This document shows positions 1 through 9,058 of a stretch of 64,000 nt of DNA, piece after piece. Origin of the DNA: an uncultured Chitinophagaceae bacterium (lineage in GTDB: Bacteria; Bacteroidota; Bacteroidia; Chitinophagales; Chitinophagaceae); the NCBI GenBank assembly GCA_964636205.1, contig CAZWPF010000001.1:21260-85259 (forward strand). The letters run 5' to 3'. The stretch's first letter is position 1, and the number at the start of each line of letters is the position of its first letter. The position numbers were made by a program, and so were the translations under genes. The notes beneath the pieces are model-generated. The model made no database searches. It saw only the letters and a program-made list of their open reading frames with translations, and was not told the origin of the DNA.

Positions 1-395
1 TTTAATGTTTCGCACCAGAGGTGGTCTTTACCATCGGTGAGACTGACATTCCCCTTTAAAAAGGCATGTCGGTTACCCCCCGTATATTTAAGATAGTCGC
101 TTTTAACTTCTGTGCCCTGCGGTTGAATGATATGCACGTTGCCAAAGGCCTCTACGCTGTTAATATCCGCTCTGAGGTAGGCGCTGTCGCAGTACATCAA
201 TGTTCCCTCATGTTCTAATTCCACATCGCCGATCAGCTTATCCATTTCGCCCGTGTCGGTAGCAATATGGACACCGTAACCGGAGCGGATAATATTTACT
301 GGGACGGTACCGGATGAATCTTGTGCCGATGTGTTGTTCAGGGAAAACAAGACACAGACGATCAACAGAGAGATCCTATGTATAGAATGGTGCAA
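1..395 (-). CDS. OstA/LptA-like periplasmic protein, N-terminal part only (gene runs off the left edge)
   Basis: Not in the ORF track (no ATG; open to the window edge). The reverse frame from TTG at 395 reads LHHSIHRISLLIVCVLFSLNNTSAQ (signal peptide). It continues ...KLIGDVELEHEGTLMYCDSAYLRADINSVEAFGNVHIIQPQGTEVKSDYLKYTGGNRHAFLKGNVSLTDG, the repeated GnV / aD-a-y pattern typical of OstA-like domains. It starts 23 nt after the upstream mlaD-like stop. Confidence 0.5.
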   Translation of the reverse strand, partial: MHHSIHRISLLIVCVLFSLNNTSAQDSSGTVPVNIIRSGYGVHIATDTGEMDKLIGDVELEHEGTLMYCDSAYLRADINSVEAFGNVHIIQPQGTEVKSDYLKYTGGNRHAFLKGNVSLTDGKDHLWCETL

Positions 396-417
396 AATGT
401 TCGGACTGATAATTTTT

Positions 418-1359
418 TTATTGCTTTTTCCTGCCAAAGATAGTGACATTGATATAGCGTGTAGGATGCGCCTCAATATCTGCAAGCAAGCTTTGCAAGG
501 ATGAAAGTGCATTGGTAAAATCAACATAAAGTTGTTTATCATTAAATGCCATACCTACGGAACCTTCACCGTTATTAATTTTAGTCAGCACCCCGTTCAG
601 TTGCGCAGATGCAGATCTCAATTCCCGAATAGTTTCTTCGAGCGGAGCATTTTTCAATTGCTCTGTAGTTGCGGCGGCGTTGTCCAGAACCTGATCAATA
701 CTCTCGCTATTTTTTGCAATATTACCGGTAATCTCATCGATATTTCTGATCATCGATGCCATATGGTCACTTTCACGGTTTAGTTTTTCGGAAAGTGCAG
801 CGAAATGTTGCATGGTAATATTGAGAGATGCTATGCTCGAACTGAGATTTTTTCTGGTATCCTCATTCAACATATTATCTACCCCAACCAGTACGGAATC
901 TAAAACCTGTACTACATTTCTTACATCGGATATTAAAGGAGAAATTTCGTGTGAAATATTATCGATAATCCCGGCTTCAACATCTGTGGTTATGGTTTCG
1001 CCACCAGCGATAAATCCCGAACTCTCGCCAAGTTCGAGTTGAATAGCTTTGGTACCTAAAAGATCCAAGGAGATCATCCTGGCCACAGTGCCTTGAGGAA
1101 GTTGCACTTTTTTTGGAATGGTCAGCACCACTTCTACCCTATTATTATCCAGGCGAATAGTGTTTACTTTCCCGACATTTACCCCCTTAATTTGCACCGG
1201 AGCCGAAGGTTGTAGTCCCTGCACCCCTTCGTAATAAGCTAAGTATTCGTTCTCACCCGAGAATAGGTTTGACCCTTTAAGGAACCAAAAACCCGCGAAT
1301 AGTACGAGGACTGAAATAGCTACCAGCAAACCAATTCTTGCTTCTTTTGAGAACTTCAT
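418..1359 (-). CDS. mlaD: MlaD/Mce-family lipid-transport substrate-binding protein
   Basis: 313 aa. N-terminal membrane anchor (RIGLLVAISVLVLFAGFWFL) followed by an Mce core (VQGLQPSAPVQIKGVNVGKVNTIRLDNNRVEVVLTI) and a long helical tail. Confidence 0.8.
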   Translation of the reverse strand: MKFSKEARIGLLVAISVLVLFAGFWFLKGSNLFSGENEYLAYYEGVQGLQPSAPVQIKGVNVGKVNTIRLDNNRVEVVLTIPKKVQLPQGTVARMISLDLLGTKAIQLELGESSGFIAGGETITTDVEAGIIDNISHEISPLISDVRNVVQVLDSVLVGVDNMLNEDTRKNLSSSIASLNITMQHFAALSEKLNRESDHMASMIRNIDEITGNIAKNSESIDQVLDNAAATTEQLKNAPLEETIRELRSASAQLNGVLTKINNGEGSVGMAFNDKQLYVDFTNALSSLQSLLADIEAHPTRYINVTIFGRKKQ

Positions 1360-1472
1360 GTGTTATTTCTATTTTTTACTGAGACCAAATTGAACTTCAG
1401 ATTATTCAGATCGATGCTACCCGGTGTAAATTTCTAAATTATTTTTCGGTAATCTTTATTTTAAAATAGCTA

Positions 1473-4400
1473 TTAAAAGTCTGTGCCAATTGAGAAATAC
1501 CAAATCGGCTTCCGACGTCCTTCTATATTCCAAGCCGCATCTAATCTTAGGAAATAGCCAAAGAGCATTGTTCTCAAACCGGTTCCATATCCGACAGCCA
1601 TTCCGCCTGTACCAGGTACTTTAAGCTCCATAGTTACATTGGGTGCTTGTTGGTCGGGACCAAATCGATAGGTATTGCTGGTGTTTTCTGAATTGGGTAA
1701 TAATCCGTGCCAAGCCGATCCCATATCGATAAAAGGTACTAACTGCATATGACGCAAAATCGCAGACTGTACATGATTTCTCGCAAAAGTGGTTACTAAC
1801 GGCAATCGTAATTCCCCATTAAACACAGCATATGTACTTCCATTACGTGCATTTTGCTGATAACCCCTCATATTTGTAGCCAATGCTTGAAAAGCAAACT
1901 TTCCGTCGCTGGGTGGCGGTGAGTTCTGATTGAATTTTGGCGCCATCCAATTGTCTACACCTCCCAAATAATAAAGGATTTTTTGATCTCCGGCAGAATG
2001 CGCTGCTGCTACTCTCGTTGCTACAATAAAATGCTTATAAATTTTATGGTAATACCTGAAATCAGTGCCAAAATTATAAAATCCCCCGTTGCCATTGGAG
2101 AGTTTATACATGTATTCGGCAAAGAACTTATATCTGTACCCCTCTGTAATGTTAAGCGTAGGGCTGTTGCTATTGTCAAATATGAATTCTGCCCGACTCA
2201 TTGCCCAATATTGATGATCACGGGGCAGGTATTCCAAACTCAAAGCGTCTTGTGCTTTAAAGTCCAGGACATCCTGTCTTACACCCATATGCATCCTTAT
2301 ACTTCGGATCCTGTCGAAAGGATATGAAGCCGATCCCTGGATCATATTGGTCGCATTCTTACCCAAATACTCGCGGGTGAACAAGGGTATTCCACTTCCG
2401 GCATCGATAAATGTAACAGGAACGGTGTAAGTCTGCTGGTTTCTTAAAAACAATAATCCCCAATCTACTCTCCTCGTAAAGTTTTCATATTGAAGGAAAT
2501 AAGAAACTCCAGAGAAGGTCACCGGTAGCCTAATCCCACCAGTAAAACGGTGATTTTCCATGACATCGTTCAAGCTGACAGAGAGTAAGCCCCCTAAAGC
2601 AGGGTTGGAAAAATTCCCCGGTGTCTGCTGTACCGATTGGTATTTCATGAACAGAATACTGTTATCGAGACGAACAGTAAAGAAATCTGGTTTTAAACTC
2701 AAACGATACGGCTGCGCCCTCATTTTAATATAGGTGCTATCGATCTCAGTTGTGGATGAGTTGGAAAATTCTTCCGGAGCAGCTTTTTCGATGACAGCTA
2801 TTTCTTCAGCATCTTTTACTTGCTCCTGACTTTCGGCCGGGGCATCGCTAAATTCTGTGCGGAATGCTGTCCCTTGCTTTAAGATGGATCCGGTTTCCTG
2901 TTTAGACGGCCGACTAGTATTGATTTGTGGCGCCCGGATTATTCTCGAAGGACTCACTGCCCGGGTTTGCTCCTGCGATAAGGTGGTAGGTTGCGGAACG
3001 ACCGGATCTATATTTTTCCCCGGAATTACCAGAGGTCTAAAATAGATTTTCAAAGAATTCCCTTCTTTAATCACATCTGCTACTTGATTACTCGCGGGGT
3101 TGTACTGGTGACTGATTATATCACTGAAATAGTTGGTGACGGGAACAGCGTAGGCCGAGTCTCTATTTTGTTGATCTCTCCCAAATACCACAACATATTT
3201 GTTACGTACCCCATTGGCATCATATAGGAATGCGAAATTGTCGCTGCCGTATTGGATTGGCTGCGTGATATTTCCGGTTTTGAAGTCGGAACAGCGCAAT
3301 AACTGAGTGCTTTTTGTTTTGGTATTGTAAAAATAAGCTTGCAACGGACCTACAGGTAATTCGTTGATACCGATAGGAACATCTATAGATGGTTCGGGGC
3401 GATTCGATAAAAATATGATCCCTTTTCTGGATCCACCGCTTACAAACCAAGGCTGCATATCGTCCCAGGCGTCGTTGGTGATATTATTCATTCGGGAACC
3501 CCGAATGGTAAACTCGTAAAGATCAGACTGACTTCTTCTTATTGCTGAAAAAATAAGTTTTCTGTCATCTTCAGTAAAACTAATTCCCGTTAGGCGGTCG
3601 AAACGGCGGTCAGGAATAGTATAGTTCTCAATTCTGGCTTTTAGCGAATTGTAAATTCTTAATTTGGTTTTAGTGCCCTGGCGATAAAGGATCGCCAGTT
3701 TGTAGCCATTATTCGACCAAGCTAAAAGTGGATAGTCCGGATCCGGTAATTTTTCGTTATGGTTTTTCTGCCCGCCGCTTAAAATCACCGCTCTGGTTTG
3801 CTCATCTTTAGTCTTATGTAAATAGACATTGTATTCTCCCTCTTTCCATACTACATACGCAACGTCACTTCCTTTTGGAGATACCCTTACACTACGCAGC
3901 ACACTGTTATCGAGTGGAATCGGAATCTCTAATATTTGATAATTGCTATCAGCTACCTGGTGGATTAAGGAGTCGGCACTGTAAACCCGCTTATAATAAT
4001 TGACGCAGGAATCATAAGTCTGTTTAGCGGTTTGACCCAAGGTTAGTTTAACCCCTTGGTTCAGACTGCTTTTTAATTCCATGGCATATAGCAGGTTTTT
4101 CATTGCGTTATCGCCATAAGTATCGGAAATATATTTCCAGAAGGCCTTACCAGCGATTTCAGGATTTATTTCTGCCAGTTCGTGAAAATTCTTTTCGGGA
4201 TTTCCACCCACTAAATTCTTCCATTCGCTGTCGGTACGACTATCCCATCCATCCACCAAATAAGATACAAACCCTTCGGTAGTCCAGACTGGCAGATTTA
4301 GCAGAACGGCATTTTTAACCATCTCTCTGAAATTCTCCCCGAAGAGCATTCGCTGAAGAATGACCTTACTCATACCCGCGCGCAACTGCCGCCTTAAATC

Positions 4401-4832
4401 TGAATGAACGCCGGTAAAATATACGACTAACCGGTCTCCGGCCAAATCAACCGTCCCGGCAGGCACATCCTGAAATTGAGAATCGTCTTTTTTGCCAATA
4501 TTGGTTTGACGGTATTCGTCGTAACTATTATAAAGGATTATCTTAAATCGATTAGGGAAAGTGCCCCCCATTTTTTGTTCAACGACAGTAATATCATTCT
4601 CCGCTTGTTCCGCAATGAATCTTGCCAATTCGCGCCCCGCAGCATCGTAGTGGTACACCCTAAAATGTTCGGTATCGAAAAATCGCCAGTCGAATTTCCG
4701 GTACTGCACCCGATTCTGACCATAGGTCTCCAGATAGGTCTGTGCGCTGGCAGCCGAAGCGATAAACAGCGAGATACCCGTACCTAATAGGAGGGAATAT
4801 TTTTTTATGTAATTAGAGAATGGGTGGGTCAT
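1473..4832 (-). CDS. Large outer-membrane protein with PD40/TolB-like repeats and a C-terminal beta-barrel
   Basis: 1119 aa with a signal peptide (LFIASAASAQ). The middle has repeated PD40-like strings (SPKGSDVAYVV, SNNGYKLAILY, FTEDDRKLIFSA, GSRKGIIFLSNR), followed by a low-complexity S/T/Q/E linker. The roughly 400-aa C-terminus ends ...WYFSIGTDF, with the terminal aromatic residue typical of OMP beta-signals. Confidence 0.6.
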   Translation of the reverse strand: MTHPFSNYIKKYSLLLGTGISLFIASAASAQTYLETYGQNRVQYRKFDWRFFDTEHFRVYHYDAAGRELARFIAEQAENDITVVEQKMGGTFPNRFKIILYNSYDEYRQTNIGKKDDSQFQDVPAGTVDLAGDRLVVYFTGVHSDLRRQLRAGMSKVILQRMLFGENFREMVKNAVLLNLPVWTTEGFVSYLVDGWDSRTDSEWKNLVGGNPEKNFHELAEINPEIAGKAFWKYISDTYGDNAMKNLLYAMELKSSLNQGVKLTLGQTAKQTYDSCVNYYKRVYSADSLIHQVADSNYQILEIPIPLDNSVLRSVRVSPKGSDVAYVVWKEGEYNVYLHKTKDEQTRAVILSGGQKNHNEKLPDPDYPLLAWSNNGYKLAILYRQGTKTKLRIYNSLKARIENYTIPDRRFDRLTGISFTEDDRKLIFSAIRRSQSDLYEFTIRGSRMNNITNDAWDDMQPWFVSGGSRKGIIFLSNRPEPSIDVPIGINELPVGPLQAYFYNTKTKSTQLLRCSDFKTGNITQPIQYGSDNFAFLYDANGVRNKYVVVFGRDQQNRDSAYAVPVTNYFSDIISHQYNPASNQVADVIKEGNSLKIYFRPLVIPGKNIDPVVPQPTTLSQEQTRAVSPSRIIRAPQINTSRPSKQETGSILKQGTAFRTEFSDAPAESQEQVKDAEEIAVIEKAAPEEFSNSSTTEIDSTYIKMRAQPYRLSLKPDFFTVRLDNSILFMKYQSVQQTPGNFSNPALGGLLSVSLNDVMENHRFTGGIRLPVTFSGVSYFLQYENFTRRVDWGLLFLRNQQTYTVPVTFIDAGSGIPLFTREYLGKNATNMIQGSASYPFDRIRSIRMHMGVRQDVLDFKAQDALSLEYLPRDHQYWAMSRAEFIFDNSNSPTLNITEGYRYKFFAEYMYKLSNGNGGFYNFGTDFRYYHKIYKHFIVATRVAAAHSAGDQKILYYLGGVDNWMAPKFNQNSPPPSDGKFAFQALATNMRGYQQNARNGSTYAVFNGELRLPLVTTFARNHVQSAILRHMQLVPFIDMGSAWHGLLPNSENTSNTYRFGPDQQAPNVTMELKVPGTGGMAVGYGTGLRTMLFGYFLRLDAAWNIEGRRKPIWYFSIGTDF

Positions 4833-4960
4833 ATCAGGCTGTAAATTTAACTACAATTATACATGTGTCTGACTTGCTTCGGATTTTATCAAAAAAATAA
4901 CGCCAGACCATCCGGCTGGCATTTCGGGCATTGTTTTAGGGTGATTCCGATTGCAATCGA

Positions 4961-4968
4961 TAAGTTTG
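4961..4968 (+). promoter_or_regulatory. Bacteroidota-type -7 promoter box (TAAGTTTG)
   Basis: Exact match to TAnnTTTG, 31 nt upstream of the ATG at 5000. Confidence 0.45.
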
Positions 4969-4999
4969 CATTCTAAGTTAATAAAATTTTGGATTTAAT

Positions 5000-5644
5000 A
5001 TGCTTCAGATACATAGTTTTACTTTCAACCCCTTTCAGGAGAATACTTATTTGATTGTAGCCGAAGATAAACAATGCTGGATAGTGGATCCGGGTATGTT
5101 TAATGATATTGAGAGAAGGGAAGTGACCGGATTTTTACAAGAAAATGGTTTGCTGCTTAGAGGGATTATTAATACCCACACTCATATTGATCATATTTTA
5201 GGCGTGCCCTTTTTGATCGAACAGTATAATGTTCCATTTCAAATTCACCAGCTAGATGAGCCGGTATTAAAGAATGCCCCGGCTTCAGCGATGATGTTTG
5301 GGATGCCATTGGGTGATGTGCCGGTGCCGGATTCTTATATTCCTGAAAATCAGATACTAATGTTGGGGGCAGAACAGTTGCAGGTGTTTTTTACTCCGGG
5401 TCATTCTCCGGGTAGCATCAGCTTTTATTATGCTCCGGGAGGTTGGATTTTGAGTGGTGATGTTTTGTTTGCAGGTAGCATCGGAAGAACGGACCTGCCC
5501 GGTGGCGATTTTGATACCTTGATAGCCAGTATTAAGAATAACTTATTGCCACTGCCGGATGAAACTGTGGTTTATTCGGGTCACGGTCCGGCAACAACGA
5601 TCGGTGCGGAAAGGCGTGATAATCCTTTTTTACAAGGGATTTGA
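5000..5644 (+). CDS. MBL-fold metallo-hydrolase (glyoxalase II-like)
   Basis: 214 aa with the HTHIDH metal motif, TPGHSPGS and GRTDLPGGD, as in small GloB-like hydrolases. Confidence 0.85.
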   Translation: MLQIHSFTFNPFQENTYLIVAEDKQCWIVDPGMFNDIERREVTGFLQENGLLLRGIINTHTHIDHILGVPFLIEQYNVPFQIHQLDEPVLKNAPASAMMFGMPLGDVPVPDSYIPENQILMLGAEQLQVFFTPGHSPGSISFYYAPGGWILSGDVLFAGSIGRTDLPGGDFDTLIASIKNNLLPLPDETVVYSGHGPATTIGAERRDNPFLQGI

Positions 5645-5732
5645 GGTTGGAACTTTGCTTGCATAGAGGGATTTTGAAATTATTATTTCTCAGTCAGACG
5701 GCAGAATCGATTTTCTGACCATAACATAGTCC

Positions 5733-5740
5733 TATCTTTG
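5733..5740 (+). promoter_or_regulatory. -7 promoter box (TATCTTTG)
   Basis: TAnnTTTG match 28 nt upstream of the ATG at 5769. Confidence 0.45.
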
Positions 5741-5768
5741 CCGATAGCCTTGTGCAAAAAAGTTTATT

Positions 5769-7175
5769 ATGAAAAGAACACCTCCATCAGGATCAGGTAA
5801 GAGCCGTCCGGAACGAAAATCAGAAAGCAGACCTCCCAGAGATGGTCGTGATGCAAAAGGCAAACCCCGTTTTGATGGCGAGGCGCGTTTCAAAAAAATG
5901 TATGGTTCCTCTAATTCGGGCGAACAAAGTGAAGAGAAAGGGGGAGCTCGCCCCGAAAGACCATCGAAAGCAAAGGGAGGATACGCATCTGACAGAAAGG
6001 TAGAACATAAAGGAGGATACCGTTCAAAAAATACCGGCGATTTTAGACCGGGAAGCAGGGATGAAGACAAGGGCGGATCTCGTCCGTCAAGACCTTATAA
6101 AGACAGAGATGCCGGTTTTTCTGATAGAAAATCAGGAGCAGGTTATCGTTCAAAAGGTGAAGGAGATTTCAGGCCGGGAAGCAGGGATGAAGACAAGGGC
6201 GGACCTCGTCCGTCAAGACCTTATAAAGACAGAGATGCCGGTTTTTCTGATAGAAAATCAGGTGGAAATTATCGTTCAAAGAGCACTGGCGATTACAGGC
6301 CGGGAAGCCGTGATGAAGATCGCAGCGGATCTCGTCCTTCGCGGTCTTATAAAGACAGGGACACATATTCTTCCGACAGAAAATCTGGAAGTCGGGGCGA
6401 TTATCGATCTAAAGCGGAAAATGAAAATATTCAGGACGGATATGTGGAGAGAGGAACTGAGTTGCAACCTATGCCGCTGAACAAATATATCGCGCATAGC
6501 GGTGAGACCAGTAGGAGGGATGCTGCTACACTGGTAAAGCAGGGTAAAGTAAGGGTGAATGGCGAACTAATTTTGGATCCCGGTTATAAGGTTCAACCAA
6601 CAGATGTGGTAAGCTTGGCCGGTAAGAAATTGCGCCTGGTGAAGCATTTGGCGTATGTACTATTAAACAAACCAAAGGGATATATCACCACCACCGACGA
6701 TCCAAAAGGTCGTAAAACGGTTATGTCTCTAGTATCATTGCCCGGCGGGGAGCGCTTATTTCCGGTAGGTCGACTTGATAGGAATACTACTGGTTTGTTG
6801 TTGATGACCAACGACGGTGATTTGGCGCAGAAACTGTCGCACCCCAGTTTCAAAGTGAAAAAAGTCTATCAGGTAAGTCTGGATAAGCCTTTGACTAAAG
6901 CAGATTTTGAAAAGATACTGGAGGGGGTAGAATTGGAGGATGGGAAGGCACCCGTAGACGCACTGGCATATCTGGAAAGCAAGAACGAATTAGGTATAGA
7001 AATTCATAGCGGTAAGAATCGTATTGTTAGACGGATTTTTGAATCCTTGGGTTATAAGGTAGAGAAATTAGACAGAGTGATGTATGCTGGTTTGACTAAG
7101 AAAAATATCCCGCGAGGTCAATGGAGATTGCTTGCCGATAGAGAGATTATTTTGTTACGTCATTTCAAAAGTTAG
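5769..7175 (+). CDS. rluB: RluB/RsuA-family 23S rRNA pseudouridine synthase with a roughly 225-aa R/K/D/S/G-rich repetitive N-terminal extension
   Basis: The C-terminal half has an S4 domain (MPLNKYIAHSGETSRRDAATLVKQGKVRVNG) and the catalytic motif FPVGRLDRNTTGLLLMTNDG. The N-terminal half is low-complexity tandem repeats. Confidence 0.85.
   Translation: MKRTPPSGSGKSRPERKSESRPPRDGRDAKGKPRFDGEARFKKMYGSSNSGEQSEEKGGARPERPSKAKGGYASDRKVEHKGGYRSKNTGDFRPGSRDEDKGGSRPSRPYKDRDAGFSDRKSGAGYRSKGEGDFRPGSRDEDKGGPRPSRPYKDRDAGFSDRKSGGNYRSKSTGDYRPGSRDEDRSGSRPSRSYKDRDTYSSDRKSGSRGDYRSKAENENIQDGYVERGTELQPMPLNKYIAHSGETSRRDAATLVKQGKVRVNGELILDPGYKVQPTDVVSLAGKKLRLVKHLAYVLLNKPKGYITTTDDPKGRKTVMSLVSLPGGERLFPVGRLDRNTTGLLLMTNDGDLAQKLSHPSFKVKKVYQVSLDKPLTKADFEKILEGVELEDGKAPVDALAYLESKNELGIEIHSGKNRIVRRIFESLGYKVEKLDRVMYAGLTKKNIPRGQWRLLADREIILLRHFKS
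6039..6416 (+). repeat. 3 x 126-bp in-frame tandem repeat (42-aa unit DFRPGSRDEDKGGxRPSRPYKDRDAGFSDRKSGxxYRSKxxG)
   Basis: Copies start at 6039, 6165 and 6291. The cores 6048-6136 and 6174-6262 differ at one position (88/89 identical). The third copy is diverged, and weaker degenerate copies lie upstream. Confidence 0.9.
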
Positions 7176-7183
7176 GTTCGGAG

Positions 7184-8350
7184 ATGCAATCCCGACTCAT
7201 CACTGCTGATAGAATTCATAATGGAATACAATGGTTACCTGTTGATTCCACGTTGGAAATTGCAGATGACGGAACTATTGTTCGAATTCATCAGGATTCT
7301 TCGGTAAAAGCAAAGGCAATACATTATTCAGGGGTATTGCTACCGGCATTTGTGAATGTACACTGCCATCTGGAATTGTCACATCTGCATGGGGTAATTC
7401 CGAGAAATTCCGGGCTTGTTTCTTTTTTGCAACAGGTTACAAAGACGAGGGCAAGTTTTTCGGATTCACAAAAGAGAGAGGCGAGGCATAGCGCATTTAA
7501 TGCGATGCGCGCGCGTGGCGTCGGTGCTGTCGGAGATGTTGCCAATACTACTGATTCGTTGGACTTACGTATCGAAGACAAGATGCATTTTTACAGTTTT
7601 GTCGAATGCATCGGTTTTACTGAAACTCGGGCTTCGGAACGATTTGAAACATCTAAACGCATCTTAGATCAGTATGAACAGCAGGAAGTGTACAAACATA
7701 AGTTGCAGCAATCGATCGTTGCACATGCACCCTATTCGGTATCTCCTACTTTGTTTCAATTGGTAGCCAACAATGAAAAAGCCGGGGTGCAGAGTATCCA
7801 TAACCAGGAGACAGAGGCAGAAGATTTATTCTATCGAAATAAATCGGGTGAAATAAATATACTTCTGGATGCCCTCGGCATTGACCATAGTTTTTTTAAA
7901 CCATCAGGATGGAGCTCGATTCAAACTTATGGCAGAAATTATCCGGAAACAACCCAGATAATTTTCGTCCATAATACATTTACCGATGTGAAAGATCTCC
8001 GGTTTGTACGCGACCGATTCGAACGGCGATATTGGTGCTTATGTCCGAATGCAAATTTGTACATAGAGAATCGGTTACCTGATGTGGCTATGCTCAGCAA
8101 GGAAGATACGGAACGGATCTGTATCGGTACGGATAGTTTGGCTTCCAATGATACACTTTGTGTTTATACCGAACTCAAAACATTAAAGGAGCATTTCCCG
8201 TTTCTACCTTGGGAAATGCTGTTTCGTTGGGGTACTTCAAATGGAGCTGCCGCCCTTAATATGCCGGAGATAGGCAAACTAGAGCCGGGGGGCCGAACGG
8301 GAATCATTCAACTGACCGGAGATGCTGAAATCAATTGGATTATAGAATAA
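7184..8350 (+). CDS. Amidohydrolase-superfamily deaminase/chlorohydrolase-like enzyme (possible aminofutalosine deaminase)
   Basis: 388 aa with the metal-binding motif PAFVNVHCHLELSHL near the N-terminus, plus AHAPYS and a late GTDSLASN motif. Starts 9 nt after the rluB-like stop. Confidence 0.65.
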   Translation: MQSRLITADRIHNGIQWLPVDSTLEIADDGTIVRIHQDSSVKAKAIHYSGVLLPAFVNVHCHLELSHLHGVIPRNSGLVSFLQQVTKTRASFSDSQKREARHSAFNAMRARGVGAVGDVANTTDSLDLRIEDKMHFYSFVECIGFTETRASERFETSKRILDQYEQQEVYKHKLQQSIVAHAPYSVSPTLFQLVANNEKAGVQSIHNQETEAEDLFYRNKSGEINILLDALGIDHSFFKPSGWSSIQTYGRNYPETTQIIFVHNTFTDVKDLRFVRDRFERRYWCLCPNANLYIENRLPDVAMLSKEDTERICIGTDSLASNDTLCVYTELKTLKEHFPFLPWEMLFRWGTSNGAAALNMPEIGKLEPGGRTGIIQLTGDAEINWIIE

Positions 8351-8373
8351 GATGCTGGAATTTATCGATTCGA

Positions 8374-8883
8374 TTAATCCCATTCGTATTCCGAATTAAC
8401 CCTTTTGTTGATTCTAGACACCAAGAGATAGCTCGCCGGACAGTATTCGATATTGGTTATTAACATATCGTTGTACAGATCGAACGGCCTTTTATGATGA
8501 TGCGGAAACTCTGAGCAGTCACGCGGGCGCCACTCATAGACCGTACACATATTGGTAGTGGTGTCGAGAAACTGACAAGGGGTTGTTTTATTGACCCAAT
8601 CACCAGATTCTTCTTCCTTATAAAGCCAACGCTCGCGAAACTCTCGAGGCGAAATTCCCAGATGATCAGCCGTGCGCTTAATGTCAGACCGTGTCCAGGT
8701 AGGAGTCATGGTTTTACAGCAGTTGGCACAGGTTAAGCAGGAGACATCCTGCCAAACTTTACTGTTTTCTTCTGTTACTAATGTGTCCAGATCATCAGGT
8801 ACTTTTTCGTCCAGTCTTTTCAGAAAAGTAATGAGATTTTTTTTGTTGCGGACCAGTTTTCGTCTGAATTGTTGCAGATCCAT
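8374..8883 (-). CDS. YkgJ-family cysteine-cluster (putative Fe-S/Zn) protein
   Basis: 169 aa with a CLTCANCCK cluster and later Cys residues (TPCQFL, NMCTVY, RDCSEFP), which is the UPF0153 pattern. Confidence 0.65.
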   Translation of the reverse strand: MDLQQFRRKLVRNKKNLITFLKRLDEKVPDDLDTLVTEENSKVWQDVSCLTCANCCKTMTPTWTRSDIKRTADHLGISPREFRERWLYKEEESGDWVNKTTPCQFLDTTTNMCTVYEWRPRDCSEFPHHHKRPFDLYNDMLITNIEYCPASYLLVSRINKRVNSEYEWD

Positions 8884-9058
8884 ATGGGGTAAAGTTACAA
8901 AAGAAATGAGGTAATCATTTTAGCGATGCAATGTGGAATGCATTATCGGGTAAGATAAGCAATTCAGCAGGTATATTAATAAAATGGCGCAGTAACACGT
9001 GAATTCCAACGAGTTTCGTAATGTTGCTGTCTATTAATAGGATTTAACCCCCATTTCT

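Noticed and set aside
6039-6416. Possible CRISPR-like or minisatellite array
   Set aside because: The repeats are directly adjacent with no spacers, 126 bp long, in frame and inside a CDS. No cas genes are present in the window.
5732-6497. Several long ORFs in alternative frames and strands over the rluB N-terminal region (5732..6070 -, 5820..6008 -, 6061..6480 +, 6169..6366 -, 6276..6497 -)
   Set aside because: They are by-products of the low-complexity 126-bp tandem repeat. The frame continuous with the S4 and pseudouridine synthase domains is the only one with recognisable protein features.
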